From Promethearchaeota archaeon (GTDB lineage: Archaea; Asgardarchaeota; Heimdallarchaeia; Hodarchaeales; Hodarchaeaceae), in the NCBI GenBank assembly GCA_048938105.1, contig JBHLMN010000018.1, positions 1 through 64,000 of the forward strand: a DNA stretch of 64,000 bases. The letters run 5' to 3'. Both the position numbers and the translations under genes were made by a program. Under the pieces are notes generated by a model, which did no database searches, was not told where the DNA came from, and saw nothing but the letters and a program-made list of their open reading frames with translations. Shown in pieces: positions 61,377-64,000 of this stretch; within the stretch, counting starts at the first letter, position 1, and each line of letters opens with the position of its first letter.

Positions 61377-62399
61377 TTAGATATAATGTAAAACGCCATT
61401 CTCGATTTTACCATTCTTAATAAGACCTGCACTTATTAAGCTTACAATGAAATCCTCTATCAACGTTTCAGAGATTCCGGTTTGAACTCTAGCCTCCCCA
61501 AGGTTTAATGGGGACTTTTTCTTATAAGATTGTACAATTAATTTTGCTAATGTTTGTCGTTTTGGAGTAAAGTGAAAATCTAGATATTCATCAACTTCAT
61601 CATAGGTTAGTTGATCGGTAAGGCGAATTCGATAGTGAATCCCTGTTTCTGCTTGTGATATCAAACCAATTTTAGAGAGCATTCTTTGAACAATTAGTTC
61701 ATCTGATATTATTTCTACTTTGTAGAGGGAACCTTTGGGCAATTGTCCTGTGAAATTCTTAACTTGATGAAGCAAATTAACTTTAAGAGAAGGTTTAACT
61801 TCTTCTCGTATTAAGACATTTATCTGTTTGTTTGGTTTGTCTACTAGCATAATTGGAGCACTTGCAGGAACGAGAGCGAGTTCTAAAAAAGGTTCAAATG
61901 TCTCTCTATCAGAAAGATAAAATGACTCAATACCTGTTTCAATGATCTGCAATTTTTCATCAATTTTTTCTAAGAATCCTTTTTCTTTTAGGTCTTCATC
62001 TGTACGTATCTTATACGACCGAATAGCTCTCCTTAAATTTTGCTTAAGAACGCCAACATATTTCACTGTGGAGCTTGAACGAGTTATAACCCAAAAAACG
62101 ACAATTCTTCCAAACTGAGCTATACGAACATCTTGAGAATCCACTGCTTTTAAAGTGAAAATGAATCCAATTGTTAAGAAAGGATCCCGAGGGGTTGGTA
62201 TTGGTCCATAAGAACGAATTTCCCCAACGCGAGGAATATCTGAACTCAATGCGGTTAAGGATTTAATTGCAAGATTGAATCCCTCTTCCTCGGATAAAGG
62301 AGAGGAATTATAGATGTTCTGAGGGCCAAAATCCTCAAAAATGGTTATTATCAATCCATCAGTGAGACTGGTACCTTTTAAAGCATCATTCTTTGACAT
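61377..62399 (-). CDS. uDENN/longin-like protein with C-terminal winged-helix (PCI-like) domain
   Basis: IITIFEDFGPQ...GPIPTP...DVRIAQFGR; C-terminal IEDFIVSLISAGLIKNGKIENG. Confidence 0.6.
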   Translation of the reverse strand: MSKNDALKGTSLTDGLIITIFEDFGPQNIYNSSPLSEEEGFNLAIKSLTALSSDIPRVGEIRSYGPIPTPRDPFLTIGFIFTLKAVDSQDVRIAQFGRIVVFWVITRSSSTVKYVGVLKQNLRRAIRSYKIRTDEDLKEKGFLEKIDEKLQIIETGIESFYLSDRETFEPFLELALVPASAPIMLVDKPNKQINVLIREEVKPSLKVNLLHQVKNFTGQLPKGSLYKVEIISDELIVQRMLSKIGLISQAETGIHYRIRLTDQLTYDEVDEYLDFHFTPKRQTLAKLIVQSYKKKSPLNLGEARVQTGISETLIEDFIVSLISAGLIKNGKIENGVLHYI

Positions 62400-62476
62400 G
62401 TAAAATTGTCACCAAATCAGAAATTTTAATTTTCTATCTACTAATTAAAGTTCCTATCTGTTCACTATTGATATCG

Positions 62477-64000
62477 CTATTCTTCAGGTTGGTTATCTAA
62501 AACTTGTTGCATTAGCTGATTTACTCTTTTTATCATTTCGGTCGGATCCTGTAAAAGTCCTTCAGCTAGTTCTTGATTTTCCAGTAATTGAAAAGTACAT
62601 GTCTGAATGAGGGGAGAATCTGGTTCTTTTTCAAAAAGGGTTTTTAACAAAGTGATAAGAGAATGATTTGCATTTATTTCCATTATCTTTTTTTGAGGAA
62701 TATAGTTTTCTTCCATGTATTTTAGAACACGTGTAAAAGCAGAAGTTCCACTAGGATTCACAAGTCGACAAGGGCTATCTGTTAATAAATCTGTATAACA
62801 AATGTCTATTATCCGATCTCCCAATATTTCTTTCATGTGAGTAAGAAAAGAGTCTTTCTCAGACTCTTCTTCTTTCTTCTCTTTATCTACTTCTTCTTCC
62901 TCTTTAGCTTCAATAGGTTCAGCTTGATCAATGGGTTTGAATTTCTTTTCTTGAAACTCTTTGACATGCATCATTACAAAAGAATCAACAGGATCAGCGA
63001 AGAGAATGACTTCTTGATCCATCTTTTTGTAGTATTCTAAATGTGGGCTCCGCTTTAGAGTTGTTAAATTCTCACCAAGTAAATACAAAATCTCTTCCTG
63101 TTCTTTAGGCATATGTTTGATATATTCTGTCAAAGTGATAAGTTTGTCCTCTGATTTGGTAGTCTGAATTCGAAGAATCTTAAGTAATTTCTTTCTCCGC
63201 TTTTCATCTTGCGTTATCCCTTCTTTAATAAAGACCCCAAATTGATCCCACCATTCTAAATACTTATCTTCTTCCTCATCAGCAATTTTTTCGAGTTCAT
63301 CTAGTATTCGACCACTAAGAACCTTAGAAATCCTACGAATAGTTCGATCGACTTGAATTACCTCTCTTGAGACATTTAAAGGTAAATCTTCACTATCAAC
63401 GACACCAAAAACGAACCGTAAGTATTCAGGAAGTAAATCCTTTGCTTTTTCTTGAACAAGAATTTTTTTGCTATACAATCGAAGCCCATAATCTTGATAG
63501 CTGTAAGTCATCATCATACGGCTTCGTTGCTTTGGTAAGAACAGAAGTGCTCTGAATTGGATTGGCGCGTCAACACTTAACCTCACACGATGGAATGGTT
63601 CAGTCCAATCTAAACTCACTTGACGATAAAATTCGTTATATTCTTCCTCAGTAACTTCATCTTCTGATTGATGCCAGATAGGAATTTGACGATTCACAAT
63701 TTGATCATCATCAGCAATTCGGATAGGAAAACCAACGAAATCACTGTATTTTTTTACAATAGATTCAATCTTGAACTTATTAGCAAACTCTTTAGCATCA
63801 TCCTTCAGATGAAGAATAACATCAGTTCCTCTTTCAGGTTTATCACGGTAAGCCACATTGAAATTCCCCGATCCATCCGATCGCCATTCAACTCCTCGTG
63901 AATCTTCAGTATAAGAACGGGAACGTACAATTACCTCGTTTGATACAATAAAGGAACTATAAAATCCAACACCAAATTGTCCAATTAAATTTATAGCATC
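62477..64000 (-). CDS. htpG: Hsp90/HtpG chaperone, 5' part beyond the window
   Basis: The frame stays open to 64000 (IGQFGVGFYS); GVVDSEDLPLNVSRE and MEINANH motifs. Confidence 0.95.
   Translation of the reverse strand, partial: DAINLIGQFGVGFYSSFIVSNEVIVRSRSYTEDSRGVEWRSDGSGNFNVAYRDKPERGTDVILHLKDDAKEFANKFKIESIVKKYSDFVGFPIRIADDDQIVNRQIPIWHQSEDEVTEEEYNEFYRQVSLDWTEPFHRVRLSVDAPIQFRALLFLPKQRSRMMMTYSYQDYGLRLYSKKILVQEKAKDLLPEYLRFVFGVVDSEDLPLNVSREVIQVDRTIRRISKVLSGRILDELEKIADEEEDKYLEWWDQFGVFIKEGITQDEKRRKKLLKILRIQTTKSEDKLITLTEYIKHMPKEQEEILYLLGENLTTLKRSPHLEYYKKMDQEVILFADPVDSFVMMHVKEFQEKKFKPIDQAEPIEAKEEEEVDKEKKEEESEKDSFLTHMKEILGDRIIDICYTDLLTDSPCRLVNPSGTSAFTRVLKYMEENYIPQKKIMEINANHSLITLLKTLFEKEPDSPLIQTCTFQLLENQELAEGLLQDPTEMIKRVNQLMQQVLDNQPEE

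Noticed and set aside
5489-63901. Numerous 60-135 aa ORFs nested in or antisense to long genes (e.g. 5489, 16574, 28143, 44739, 54692, 63668)
   Set aside because: Shadow ORFs of well-supported genes, with no motifs.
1-64000. CRISPR array, tRNA or rRNA genes
   Set aside because: No regularly spaced repeats or cloverleaf/rRNA-like GC-rich segments were seen by eye. The TnpB is therefore not called Cas12.

Overview
AT-rich archaeal chromosomal segment, most likely an Asgard archaeon (Heimdallarchaeia/Hodarchaeales-like). This is inferred from Rag-type GTPases, roadblock, longin/uDENN-like and V4R domains, a geranylgeranyl reductase and a bifunctional PGI/PMI. The left ~10 kb is a variable, decaying region: a frameshifted surface protein, a two-gene cassette with a caspase-fold poly-Gly protein bounded by a duplicated 3' end of a tandem CDF gene, an MBL-SAP hydrolase and an orphan m6A methyltransferase. 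The middle holds metabolic genes, an intein-containing DUF362 gene, an MFS-longin fusion, an Mrp pseudogene and an HTH regulator facing an unannotated 50-aa secreted-peptide ORF. A 2.5-kb IS607-like tnpB element with definable ends and an omegaRNA carries a degenerate PIN-like gene in place of a transposase. The right end is a candidate signalling cluster: a 2580-aa cadherin-like surface protein with a cytoplasmic uDENN/longin-like tail, two divergent Rag-like GTPases, a second uDENN-like protein and htpG. No rRNA, tRNA or CRISPR array was seen. All family calls come from motif recognition by eye; no searches were run.
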